Shown one piece after another: positions 47,787 to 57,126 of a stretch of DNA of 59,633 nucleotides (positions are counted from its first letter, which is position 1; each line of letters opens with the position of its first letter). The notes below the pieces were generated by a model, which had not been told where the DNA came from, searched no databases, and was given only the letters and a program-made list of their open reading frames with translations. Origin of the DNA: an uncultured Bacilli bacterium (GTDB lineage: Bacteria; Bacillota_I; Bacilli_A; RF39; UBA660); the NCBI GenBank assembly GCA_934096735.1, contig CAKOMS010000004.1, positions 1 through 59,633 of the forward strand, in the 5' to 3' direction. A program made the translations under genes and the position numbers.

Positions 47787-48296
47787 TTATTTTATTAAAC
47801 CGTTTTGAACAATCTTTGTGTCGTTTACCACTATAAATGCTTTATCATCATATTTTTTTATAATTTGATACAAATCATTTATATTACATTTATTAATTTG
47901 AATATAAAGCATATCTTTATTTTTTCCTTCATAATCATTTTTTAATTCTACTACACTTACTGCATAACCATTATTTCTAATTTCATCAATAAGACGATCA
48001 CTATTATCTTTAACAATAACTTGAACTCCTACTACACCTTTAATAAGTTTATTAGATAATACTGAGCCAATAAGAGTACCAGTTGCATATCCCAAAGAAT
48101 AAGAGACTGCTATTAAACATAAATTACCATCTATATTTAAAGCTTCTCTTGCAACTATAAACCATATAAGTACTTCAAAAAATGCAATTATAAAAGGTTC
48201 AATAGTTTTACCCTTTACAAAAAATACAGTTCTAAGTGTGCCTAAACTAACATCAATAATTCTTGCTGCAAAAATCTTTAAACAAGTAATAAACAT
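47787..48296 (-). CDS. UPF0316 (DUF2179) membrane protein
   Basis: FAARIIDVSLGTLRTVFFVKG N-terminal signature, 3 TM plus a C-terminal soluble domain. Confidence 0.8.
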   Translation of the reverse strand: MFITCLKIFAARIIDVSLGTLRTVFFVKGKTIEPFIIAFFEVLIWFIVAREALNIDGNLCLIAVSYSLGYATGTLIGSVLSNKLIKGVVGVQVIVKDNSDRLIDEIRNNGYAVSVVELKNDYEGKNKDMLYIQINKCNINDLYQIIKKYDDKAFIVVNDTKIVQNGLIK

Positions 48297-48297
48297 A

Positions 48298-48480
48298 TTA
48301 TCTAGTTAGAACTATAATTACAATTAAAAGCACAAAGAAAAGTATAAATCCAAGAACAAATCCCCACATAATCGCATCACTATGGTTATCTTCTCTTTTT
48401 TCAATCTTTTCATTATCATGGTTATACATTTCACTTTTTAATTTAACTTCTTGTAATTCTTCATTTTTTTTATTTGCCAT
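48298..48480 (-). CDS. small tail-anchored membrane protein (60 aa)
   Basis: charged N-terminus, C-terminal TM; 1-nt gap to the downstream gene. Confidence 0.45.
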   Translation of the reverse strand: MANKKNEELQEVKLKSEMYNHDNEKIEKREDNHSDAIMWGFVLGFILFFVLLIVIIVLTR

Positions 48481-48555
48481 TTTTATTCTCCTAACTTAAC
48501 CTAATTATAACACATGAACAAAAAAAAGAAACCTATAAAATAAGTTTCAAACTAT

Positions 48556-49113
48556 TTAATAACCTTTCTTTTTATAATAATGAAACAATTCCTCAAATCT
48601 ATTATAATGAATTATTTCCCTTTGCCTTAAAAATAAAAGTGGCCCTAAAACATCAGCATCAGTTGTTAAATCTATTAAATTTTCATAAGTAGCTCTCGCT
48701 TTTTGCTCTGCAGCCATATCCTCAGCAATATCAGCAAGTGGATCTGCAGTTACAGCAAAATATTGTGAAGTAAAAGGAACACCACTAGCATCTATTGGAT
48801 AAATACCTTTATTATGATCAGCATAATAACTTCCAAGTCCAGCCTCTTCTAATTCTTCTACAGTAGCATCTTTAATAAGTTGTCTTACCATAGTAGATAT
48901 CATTTCACAATGACCAAGTTCTTCAGTAGCAATATCGTTTAATAAACTCTTACCAAAATCATCTGGCATACTAAATTTTTGACTAAAATATCTCATCGCT
49001 GCTCCAAGTTCACCATTCGCACCACCGAATTGTGTAATTAAATATTTGGCCATTTTTAAATCTTTCTTACTAATATTTATAGGATAATTAGTATGCTTAA
49101 CATATTTAAACAT
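48556..49113 (-). CDS. cotJC: spore coat protein CotJC (manganese-catalase/ferritin-like); start re-called to ATG 49113
   Basis: MFKYVKHTNYPI...AKYLITQFGGANGELGAAMRYFSQ...TEELGHCEMI matches CotJC; ATG overlaps the cotJB stop (ATGTTTAA). Confidence 0.88.
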   Translation of the reverse strand: MFKYVKHTNYPINISKKDLKMAKYLITQFGGANGELGAAMRYFSQKFSMPDDFGKSLLNDIATEELGHCEMISTMVRQLIKDATVEELEEAGLGSYYADHNKGIYPIDASGVPFTSQYFAVTADPLADIAEDMAAEQKARATYENLIDLTTDADVLGPLLFLRQREIIHYNRFEELFHYYKKKGY

Positions 49114-49540
49114 AGATATTACCCCTTTCATTATCCCATGGCCAAGGACTATCTATCCATTTAAACTTATCCCCCTTAGTATCACATACATCTAGTGGAC
49201 CATATAAAGAAATATATTTTTCTTTAGCACTCTTTTCTTCCATAATAAGTTTTTCTAATAATTTTAAAACTTTTTTATCTTGTGGATGTAAATCAAGATA
49301 TAAATTCAAATCATTTATTGCAAATGAATAAGACATTACATTTAAAAGTTTAGCTTCTCTATCACTTTTAGGAGTAATATCTAAAAAAGTTAAGTTTTTA
49401 TATGGCTCATATTCATCTTTAAACATATTACCTCTTAAAAATCCTTCTTTTACAGATAATATATCCACATCTTTATCACTTATAATATTAGATAAACTCA
49501 AAAAATTTAAATCAATTACATCATCATTATCAAATAACAT
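49106..49540 (-). CDS. cotJB: spore coat protein CotJB with N-terminal CotJA-like extension
   Basis: CotJB core FAINDLNLYLDLHPQDKK...YGPL. It is 144 aa against ~87 aa for B. subtilis CotJB; N-terminal L..G.MF...YEPYK resembles the CotJA motif. Confidence 0.75.
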   Translation of the reverse strand: MLFDNDDVIDLNFLSLSNIISDKDVDILSVKEGFLRGNMFKDEYEPYKNLTFLDITPKSDREAKLLNVMSYSFAINDLNLYLDLHPQDKKVLKLLEKLIMEEKSAKEKYISLYGPLDVCDTKGDKFKWIDSPWPWDNERGNIYV

Positions 49541-49602
49541 TAAATTAACCTCCCTACAATAAAATATGTATACATTTTATCTAGGTAGATGTATTCGCCT
49601 AA

Positions 49603-51144
49603 TTATTTAATATTTCTAGATTTTAACACTTCACTACAAATACTATCCATATAATTAAATTCAGTACTAAGTATTCTTTTTCTAACATAATTAAACTCGG
49701 ATGAACTATCAGTAAATAAACTTTCTACTACAGGTAGTATATTAGAAGGTAATACACTTTCCAAATCACTTTCACTTACTTCTGTATCTCTTAATATATG
49801 TACATCATTCTTTCTTCTAGTAGTATAAAAGAACAATATATTTCTAACAAATAATCTTATCATTGTATCCTCAAATCCTGAAAAATCCTTAATTTTTTTA
49901 GAAATAAATCTAATCTTTTTTAATATTTCTTGCTTTTTTTCTAAAAATCCATCTTGATAATAATATTGTAAAATTAAATTTGATAAATCACATAAATCAT
50001 TTAACAAACGAACAGAAAATTTTGGAAAACATGAAGTATCAACCATTCCCTCATAAGACTTATTCAATAATTTTTCTAAACTACTTTCACCATTAGTAAT
50101 AACAAAATCACTACATCTATAAATAACGCCAGGTAAAACACTTATATCAAAATACATATCTTGCATAATACCCCTATTTAAATAAAGCATATCAATAATT
50201 TGTATAGTTACCATTTTTTTATAAAAATTCAAATTAAATCCTTTTAAATCTTTAAACTTATCAAATACTAAATCAACAACATCTTTAAGCCTTTGATAAT
50301 TTCCTTTTTTACTTATGCTTTCATCATAATAAAGTTGTGCATCTAAATCAGATATTTTAGATATAAACCCATGTTTTTTATAAATAGAAAAAGAACCATT
50401 AAAAAATACATATGGATTACCACTTAATATCTCTAAAATTCTTGAATAAACTAAATCAAGCAATAATAAATCTTCAGAAATATTTTTGTCATCTCTAATA
50501 GTTTCTAAAACATGTTTTAGCTTATTACTATCCATTAAAAATTCATTACTAGGTCTTTTATTAACTGATGTATATCCAATTAATTTTGGTTCATATCCAG
50601 TATGTTCACCCGTAACATTTACACTACTGTTATATTGAGCACTACTATCATGCTCATGACCATAATAATTAATTGAATCGCTTTTCTTAAACTCTCTTTC
50701 AAATAAATAATAAATAGCACTTTGAGTCTCATCTTTTTTCTCACCTAACAATGGATAATGTGACAAATAAGTATCTAAAAATTTAACAGGATAAGCAAAA
50801 ACATCTTCAATTCCCATTTCATCATATCTTTTTTTATAAATTTTACCATCATGATTTCCAAGTAGTAAAAATTTATGACCTTTAAGTCTTTTTAAAATAT
50901 CACTAATTGCACTATTCTTAAAACAAAAATCACCCAAAAATATAACAATATCATCATCCCTAACAACCTCATTATGTTTTAAAATAATATGTTCATTCAT
51001 ATCCTCTACTGAAGAAAATTCTGGTCTAATATAATTAATTATATTACCATGATAAAAATGGTGATCACTTATAACATAAACTTTTTTACCAGGATATTTA
51101 TTACTTAAATAATTATATATATCTTTAAAATAACTAATTGCCAT
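49603..51144 (-). CDS. calcineurin-like metallophosphoesterase fused to a ~300-aa C-terminal domain with a Pol-beta-type nucleotidyltransferase-like motif
   Basis: ISDHHF.HGN, FLGDF, LLGNHD, YGHEHD in aa 1-190. NGSFSIYKKHGFISKISDLDAQLYY (G[GS]-x9-13-D.D pattern) lies around aa 250-275. Confidence 0.8.
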   Translation of the reverse strand: MAISYFKDIYNYLSNKYPGKKVYVISDHHFYHGNIINYIRPEFSSVEDMNEHIILKHNEVVRDDDIVIFLGDFCFKNSAISDILKRLKGHKFLLLGNHDGKIYKKRYDEMGIEDVFAYPVKFLDTYLSHYPLLGEKKDETQSAIYYLFEREFKKSDSINYYGHEHDSSAQYNSSVNVTGEHTGYEPKLIGYTSVNKRPSNEFLMDSNKLKHVLETIRDDKNISEDLLLLDLVYSRILEILSGNPYVFFNGSFSIYKKHGFISKISDLDAQLYYDESISKKGNYQRLKDVVDLVFDKFKDLKGFNLNFYKKMVTIQIIDMLYLNRGIMQDMYFDISVLPGVIYRCSDFVITNGESSLEKLLNKSYEGMVDTSCFPKFSVRLLNDLCDLSNLILQYYYQDGFLEKKQEILKKIRFISKKIKDFSGFEDTMIRLFVRNILFFYTTRRKNDVHILRDTEVSESDLESVLPSNILPVVESLFTDSSSEFNYVRKRILSTEFNYMDSICSEVLKSRNIK

Positions 51145-51168
51145 ACTACCCCTTCTTTTATTTGAATT

Positions 51169-51197
51169 ATTCTATACTATTTTAATGTTTTTGTAAA
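51169..51197 (-). promoter_or_regulatory. promoter TTTACA-17-TAGAAT for the phosphoesterase fusion gene
   Basis: -35 rc of 51192..51197; -10 rc of 51169..51174. Confidence 0.55.
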
Positions 51198-51220
51198 GAA
51201 AAAAAGTAGCAAACGCTACT
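51198..51220 (-). terminator. intrinsic terminator after the 199-aa gene
   Basis: AGTAGC-GTTT-GCTACT followed by T7 on the minus strand. Confidence 0.65.
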
Positions 51221-51226
51221 CTAAAA

Positions 51227-51826
51227 TTATTTAATTTTTTCAAATTCATAAACTTCTAAAAGACTTTCTAAATCATCAGCCTTTAAATCAGTATCTCTTA
51301 CTCCATTAAGTATATTTCTATCAAGTATTTGTCCATCTTTTACAAATATTATCGCAGGCACTCTACTTAATTTTACTCCAAGTTTTTCATTAACATAATC
51401 TAAATATTCAGAATTATTCTCTTTTAAATCAGTAATATCAACATAATAAAATATATCATTAATTTTATATTTATCTATAACTCTTTTTAAATCTTTTTCT
51501 AAATTATATATTTTTTCATCTTTTCTATAACTTACATATATAAAATAAGAACTTGGAGCATCTTGTACAACTTGTTTAAAAGAACCATCAAGTTCTAAAC
51601 TAGATGTAACAGTATTTGATTCAATAAGATAACTATTAAGTATTTTTTCCTGTTTTCTTACATTAATCCAAGCAAATATATAGAATGTCAAAAGTATACT
51701 ACCAACAAGTATTAAGAAAGCATATATATAATTAACTTTTGGAACTTTCTTTAACTCTTCACTTTTTTTAATAATTTTCTTCGTAGTTTTTGTAGCCTTT
51801 TTCATATTCACCATATCCTCATTCAT
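51227..51826 (-). CDS. membrane-anchored protein with thioredoxin-fold-like C-terminus lacking CxxC
   Basis: basic N-terminus, one TM; C-terminal ...RVPAIIFVKDGQILD... is Trx-like; no cysteine present. Confidence 0.45.
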   Translation of the reverse strand: MNEDMVNMKKATKTTKKIIKKSEELKKVPKVNYIYAFLILVGSILLTFYIFAWINVRKQEKILNSYLIESNTVTSSLELDGSFKQVVQDAPSSYFIYVSYRKDEKIYNLEKDLKRVIDKYKINDIFYYVDITDLKENNSEYLDYVNEKLGVKLSRVPAIIFVKDGQILDRNILNGVRDTDLKADDLESLLEVYEFEKIK

Positions 51827-51901
51827 ATTTTATCATAACTATATAATTATTTTAATTTATAATTACCAATATTTGTAAACAAAAAGTAAAGAAGAATCAA
51901 A

Positions 51902-54169
51902 CTACTCTTCTTCATCACTTTTTAACTTCTTTAAAACTTCTCTAGGTTTAGATCCATTTTGAGGTCCTACTATTCCTCTTGCTTCTAATAAATCTATCAT
52001 TCTAGCAGCTCTATTAAATCCAAATCTAAACTTTCTTTGAATTAAAGATGCACTAATCTTACCAGTTGAAATAGCAAACTCAACTACTTCATTATACATA
52101 GGATCATCATATCCATCACTACCATTACCACTTCCAGAAGAACTATTTGAAGTAGCAGTTTGTAAACTTATATCTTCATCATATTTAGCAGTACCTTGCT
52201 TACATACATAATTAATAAGTCTATTAATTTCATCATCAGATATAAAACATCCTTGAATTCTCTCAGGAGTATTTTCTCCCATCGGTAAAAATAACATATC
52301 TCCTTTACCTAAAAGCTTTTCAGCTCCAGCCATATCAAGTGCAGTTCTAGAATCAATTTGACTTGCTACAGCAAAACATATTCTAGATGGAATATTTGCT
52401 TTTACTACACCAGTAATAACATCTGTTGATGGTCTTTGAGTCGCTACTATTAAATGAATTCCTGCAGCTCTAGCCATTTGAGTAATTCTCATAATTGAAT
52501 CTTCTACTTCTTTTGATGCAACTAACATTAAATCTGCAAGTTCATCGATAATTACAACAATATAAGGCATCTTACTTATAGGACTATCTGGATTTTTTCT
52601 ATTTTCTTTTTCAATATGTTCATTATATTCACTAATTTTTTTAACTCCTGCTTCACTAAAAGTATCATATCTTTTTTCCATTTCAGCCACAATTCTTTGT
52701 AATGTAATTGAAGCTTTTTTAGGGTCAGTTACAACTGGGCAAAGCAAATGAGGTATTCCATTATAATTTGATAACTCTACTTTTTTAGGATCCACTAATA
52801 CAAGTTTAACATCTTTAGGATTATAATTCATAAGTATAGAACAAATAATTGAATTAGTACAAACAGATTTACCACTACCAGTAGAACCTGCAACAAGTAA
52901 ATGTGGCATTTTAGTTAAATCTGCAACAATTGGCTTACCCATTAAATTCTTTCCTAAAGTAACCATTATTCCATATTTATCTTTATCTGCATTGTTAGAA
53001 GCAAGTATTTCTCTAAAAGCAACTGCACTAATATTTTCATTAGGTATTTCTATACCAATAGTACTCTTTCCTGGTATAGGAGCCTGTATTCTTACATCTT
53101 TTGCAGCAAGTGCTAAAGCAATTTCTTTATTTATTGAAAGAATTCTACTAACCTTTGTTCCAGCAGGTACAACTATTTCATATTGTGTAACAGCAGGACC
53201 TATATGAATCTCAACGACTTTTGCAGATATTTGAAAATCTTTTAATACTTTTTCAAGTATTGTTTTATTATTAAGAGTATAACTATCATTAACATTCTTT
53301 TTATTATTTTTTATTTCATTTAATAGTGATAATGGTGGAAGTTTATAAGAACTTAAATTATTATCACTACTAGTATCCGGAATAACAATTGGTTCTTTAA
53401 CTTCAACTTCACTCATTACATTTTTATTTCTAACTTCTTCTAAACTTGTAATAATAACTGGTTCATTTTTTTCAACAGTTTCATATTTTTCTGGAATTTT
53501 TTTAACTTCTTCTTCAACTTCAACATTTTCATCTTCTGAAGAAATTTGTGCTTCTCTAATTCTTTCTCTTTTAACAAATGATTTAATTTTACTAAATACA
53601 TCATCAAGAGTAATATTAAGCAACATTATAAGTCCAAAAATAAATACCACAGATAACACTACAATCGTACCAGTCTTAGCAAAAAGAAAATATAAACCTG
53701 ATAAAAAAACTGCTCCAACAAGTCCACCACCTATAGCAATTGAAGTGTCGCCTGAATTAAGTATTGAATTAGATACATCAATTGTATTTATTCTATCCAT
53801 AAACATATCAAATGTCATTTTAAGTATTTCAGAAGGACTTCCAATTTTATCTAAAAAAGTAAAATGACTAGCAACTAAAATAACAATCACTATTAAATAA
53901 AAACCAATAAGTTTTGATGAAAAAAATCTTGGCATCTTTCTTTTTAAAAGCATATATAAACCAATAAATAAAATATATATTACAAATACTATCCACCAAG
54001 AACCAAATAAAAACATAGCAAATTCTTTAATAATAGTACCAACATAACCAAATCCAAAACCGATAATTCCAATTAAAACAAGAATCAAACCAGTTAATTC
54101 TACACTCATACCAACACTATTACTATCTTTTGATTTCTTTCTCTTTGCCATATTTACCACCATATTCAT
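51902..54169 (-). CDS. ftsK: DNA translocase FtsK/SpoIIIE
   Basis: 4-5 N-terminal TM, linker, motor domain with Walker A GSTGSGKS, C-terminal gamma wHTH; the start may be the internal MAKRKK. Confidence 0.95.
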   Translation of the reverse strand: MNMVVNMAKRKKSKDSNSVGMSVELTGLILVLIGIIGFGFGYVGTIIKEFAMFLFGSWWIVFVIYILFIGLYMLLKRKMPRFFSSKLIGFYLIVIVILVASHFTFLDKIGSPSEILKMTFDMFMDRINTIDVSNSILNSGDTSIAIGGGLVGAVFLSGLYFLFAKTGTIVVLSVVFIFGLIMLLNITLDDVFSKIKSFVKRERIREAQISSEDENVEVEEEVKKIPEKYETVEKNEPVIITSLEEVRNKNVMSEVEVKEPIVIPDTSSDNNLSSYKLPPLSLLNEIKNNKKNVNDSYTLNNKTILEKVLKDFQISAKVVEIHIGPAVTQYEIVVPAGTKVSRILSINKEIALALAAKDVRIQAPIPGKSTIGIEIPNENISAVAFREILASNNADKDKYGIMVTLGKNLMGKPIVADLTKMPHLLVAGSTGSGKSVCTNSIICSILMNYNPKDVKLVLVDPKKVELSNYNGIPHLLCPVVTDPKKASITLQRIVAEMEKRYDTFSEAGVKKISEYNEHIEKENRKNPDSPISKMPYIVVIIDELADLMLVASKEVEDSIMRITQMARAAGIHLIVATQRPSTDVITGVVKANIPSRICFAVASQIDSRTALDMAGAEKLLGKGDMLFLPMGENTPERIQGCFISDDEINRLINYVCKQGTAKYDEDISLQTATSNSSSGSGNGSDGYDDPMYNEVVEFAISTGKISASLIQRKFRFGFNRAARMIDLLEARGIVGPQNGSKPREVLKKLKSDEEE

Positions 54170-54239
54170 TATAAACTATTATTGTTTTTTTGACAATTAA
54201 TTCTAAAAATTATATAATTATTTTTACGGATGTGATGTT

Positions 54240-54749
54240 ATGATAAATGTTGTATTATTTGAACCAGAAATACCTACAAATACTGGTAATATCATGAGAA
54301 CTTGTATTGCTACCAATACAAAATTACACTTAATTAAACCACTTGGATTCTCATTAGATAGTAAGTATGTAAAAAGAAGCGGAGTTAACTATATAGATAA
54401 ATGTAATTATGAAGTCTATGAAAATATTGATGACTTCTTCAGTAAAAATAAGGGTGAATATTATTTTTTAACAAGATATGGACATAAACCTCACACTACC
54501 TTTGATTACAGTGATAAAGAAAAAAATATTTATTTCTTCTTTGGAAAAGAATCAACTGGAATACCACCAAAAATATTAAAACCATATATAGATAGATGTG
54601 CAAGAATTCCAATGACTAGTAATGTTCGTGCCCTTAATCTATCAAATACTGTTGCAATAGTAGTTTATGAAGCATTAAGACAACAAAATTATCCAAATCT
54701 TTTATTTGATGAACCACACAAATCAAAAACTTTTATAGAAGAAAATTAA
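54240..54749 (+). CDS. trmL: tRNA (cytidine/uridine34-2'-O)-methyltransferase, SpoU/TrmL family
   Basis: EPEIP.NTGNI.RTC, FGKES.G.P, R.PM....R.LNLSN.VAI..YEA. Confidence 0.88.
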   Translation: MINVVLFEPEIPTNTGNIMRTCIATNTKLHLIKPLGFSLDSKYVKRSGVNYIDKCNYEVYENIDDFFSKNKGEYYFLTRYGHKPHTTFDYSDKEKNIYFFFGKESTGIPPKILKPYIDRCARIPMTSNVRALNLSNTVAIVVYEALRQQNYPNLLFDEPHKSKTFIEEN

Positions 54750-54771
54750 AACGGCATAAGCCGCTTTTTTT
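54750..54771. terminator. short GC-clamped hairpin between convergent trmL and the dacA fragment
   Basis: CGGC-ATAA-GCCG followed by CT7 on the plus strand. Confidence 0.45.
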
Positions 54772-54772
54772 A

Positions 54773-55324
54773 TTAATCATTTATTAATTCTTTACCAGAT
54801 AAAAGTATTTTTAAGTTTCTTTTAAAATAATCCCATAAATTTGCTTTTTTAATACTTTCTTCAACTGTAATTCCAACCTCTTTTATTTTTTTCCCTTCAT
54901 TATCAATAACTTCTGCTACTCCAACCTTTTCTCCTTTTTTTACTGGAGCCTTAACTTTTTTAACTTTTAAATTAATAGTATATTCTTTTTTACTATCATT
55001 AACATTTAATAATTCTTCTGCATCTTCCATAAGTATTAAATTAACTTTTTCTACTTTTCCTCTTTCAACTCTAACTGTATCTATAACTTTTCCTTTTTTA
55101 TAAATAACATCTAACTTATAAGAATTAAAACCATAATTTAACATCTTTACTGTATCAATTGTTCTATTATCGGGTGTATCAACACCCATAACTACACTTA
55201 TAAGACGCATATCATTCTTTTTAGCGGTAGCAGTAAGACAATATCCAGCACTACCTGTAAAACCAGTTTTAAGTCCATCTACATCTTCGTAAAACCTTAC
55301 AAGTTTATTAGTATGTGAATAAAG
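54773..55324 (-). pseudogene. 5'-truncated D-alanyl-D-alanine carboxypeptidase (DacA/PBP5-type) gene
   Basis: frame open to a TAG at 55325..55327. It translates ...HTNKLVRFYEDVDGLKTGFTGSAGYCLTATAKKNDMRLISVVMG plus the PBP5 C-terminal beta domain. The KTG box is present, but the SxxK and SxN boxes and the signal peptide are absent. Confidence 0.8.
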
Positions 55325-55330
55325 CTATAA

Positions 55331-55349
55331 TAATAGATATCATCTATTA
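55331..55349. repeat. perfect palindrome TAATAGAT-ATC-ATCTATTA at the dacA truncation junction
   Basis: read directly; starts 4 nt beyond the stop that ends the dacA open frame. Confidence 0.9.
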
Positions 55350-55432
55350 AAATGAGTTATTCTTTTTTTACTCATATTTTTTTAAAGTAGACTCAAAGTA
55401 ATCATAAATAATAAACTTTCAAATTATTACTT

Positions 55433-56446
55433 TTACTTAAATATTTCTAAATAATTACCAATATCATAATTATCTAAATTAATTGCTTTTATTCTACATT
55501 TCAACATTTTTTCGCCAATATCTTTAACTTCTATTTTATATTTAATACCTTTATCTATTTTAAAAGCATAATAACAAGCATAATCACTAGAAATATATCC
55601 TATATGATTATTATCTTTATCTAATACTTTTATAGCATTATTATCAAAAGTATTATCTAACTCTCTAACAACATATAATTCATCATCAATATTTAATCTA
55701 TCCACATATTTTTTTCTATCTTTAATATTTATCCCAACTACATTAATATAACCTACTAAAGTATTTGAAGAATTTTCCCAACTTGGAATCAAATAACTAT
55801 ATTTTTTTTCTAATAAATAATAAATATCATTATCAATAACTACTATCTTTTCATTAGGATATAATTCTTTAAAACGTTTCATATTTTGTAAACTTCTATA
55901 ATCTAAATTACCTTTAACTTCAATTAAAGTTCCATCACTTAAAACAAAATCCGGAACATAAGAAAAAGACATATACTTATAATCACATTCATTTTTATCC
56001 AAAATAAATTTTTTACTCTCATATTTATAATCTATTTTTAAATAATTAAATATACGAATAACATTAGCTTCCCACGAAGACATAACATCTTTTTTAATAT
56101 CTACTCTATTACCTTTTTTAAAATTAGTTTCAGTTTTATTATTAACTATATCTTTTCTATTAATAACTTCATAATAATCACATTTCGGATAATTAGCACA
56201 AACAATAATGTCTCCAAACTTTATATTATTTATTAATAATTTTTTTCCACACTTTGGACAATTCTTATTTTCATAAACTACAGGTTTATTTTTACTAGTA
56301 TACTTACAATTTAAACATTGATATAATTTAAAACCCAATTTATTTCTAATAACTTTCATATTTCCATTACATCTTGGACAAAAAACATCATTTGTTTTTT
56401 TATCTTCATCATCTACATGCACTACTTGAATATCATTATATCTCAT
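55433..56446 (-). CDS. fusion protein: two Zn-ribbons (topoisomerase-type C4) + PD-(D/E)xK nuclease-like core + C-terminal HIRAN domain
   Basis: CPRCNG...CLNCKY and CPKCGKKL...CANYPKCDY; SWEANV...YVPDFVLSDGTLIEVKG; HIRAN-like VVGINIKDRKKYVDRLNIDDELYVVRELDNTFDNNAIKVLDKDNNHIGYISSDYA. Confidence 0.8.
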   Translation of the reverse strand: MRYNDIQVVHVDDEDKKTNDVFCPRCNGNMKVIRNKLGFKLYQCLNCKYTSKNKPVVYENKNCPKCGKKLLINNIKFGDIIVCANYPKCDYYEVINRKDIVNNKTETNFKKGNRVDIKKDVMSSWEANVIRIFNYLKIDYKYESKKFILDKNECDYKYMSFSYVPDFVLSDGTLIEVKGNLDYRSLQNMKRFKELYPNEKIVVIDNDIYYLLEKKYSYLIPSWENSSNTLVGYINVVGINIKDRKKYVDRLNIDDELYVVRELDNTFDNNAIKVLDKDNNHIGYISSDYACYYAFKIDKGIKYKIEVKDIGEKMLKCRIKAINLDNYDIGNYLEIFK

Positions 56447-56468
56447 TAAATTACCTCAACATCTCTTA

Positions 56469-57056
56469 CTATTTATAAAATCTTAATACTTGATATTGAT
56501 AAGTATCATTATTATCTAAATATCCTACAGAAATACCTTTACCATTATTAGAAGTTTTACCAGATGTAGATTTTTCTTTAGCTTCTTTTATTAATTCATC
56601 AATTTCTTCATCAGTAATACTACTATTATTAGCTTTAATTAAATACTTAGTATAGTCAATTACATTTTTTTCATACTCACTATTTTTTTGAACAAAAATA
56701 AGCATATAATCCACTATTTCAGTTTCTTTATTACCAGTAAATTTTTTAGGAACAACTACTAAAGAAACACCTTCATATAAACCATACCAATATTGATTAT
56801 TACTTACAGTTAAATAATCTAATGAAGCTTTATTTAACGAAGTATTATTCAATACTTCAGTATTAAACTTAGCAACTAAAACATCAACAGTTTCTTCCTG
56901 AACAAAACCATATTTATTTTGTGATTCTTCCAAATCATTTTTAGTATCATTTAAATTAGACTTACCACATCCAGTTATTCCAAATACCATAACTCCACAC
57001 ATTAAAATAATAAATATTAATTTTTTCACAATCATCTTCTCCATTCTTAAAAACAA
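56469..57056 (-). CDS. lipoprotein of unknown function
   Basis: lipobox FGITG/C after a hydrophobic h-region; the start is probably an internal Met (MIVKK...). Confidence 0.7.
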   Translation of the reverse strand: MFLRMEKMIVKKLIFIILMCGVMVFGITGCGKSNLNDTKNDLEESQNKYGFVQEETVDVLVAKFNTEVLNNTSLNKASLDYLTVSNNQYWYGLYEGVSLVVVPKKFTGNKETEIVDYMLIFVQKNSEYEKNVIDYTKYLIKANNSSITDEEIDELIKEAKEKSTSGKTSNNGKGISVGYLDNNDTYQYQVLRFYK

Positions 57057-57126
57057 ATTATTTTAATAAATTATATCATAAAAATTTTCAAATAATAATT
57101 ATACTATATATCACAGTGACATATTT

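Noticed and set aside
51227-51826. Thioredoxin-fold membrane protein lacking any cysteine, considered as a potential finding
   Set aside because: Redox-inactive Trx-like folds are common, and the fold assignment itself is weak. It is kept as a low-confidence annotation only.
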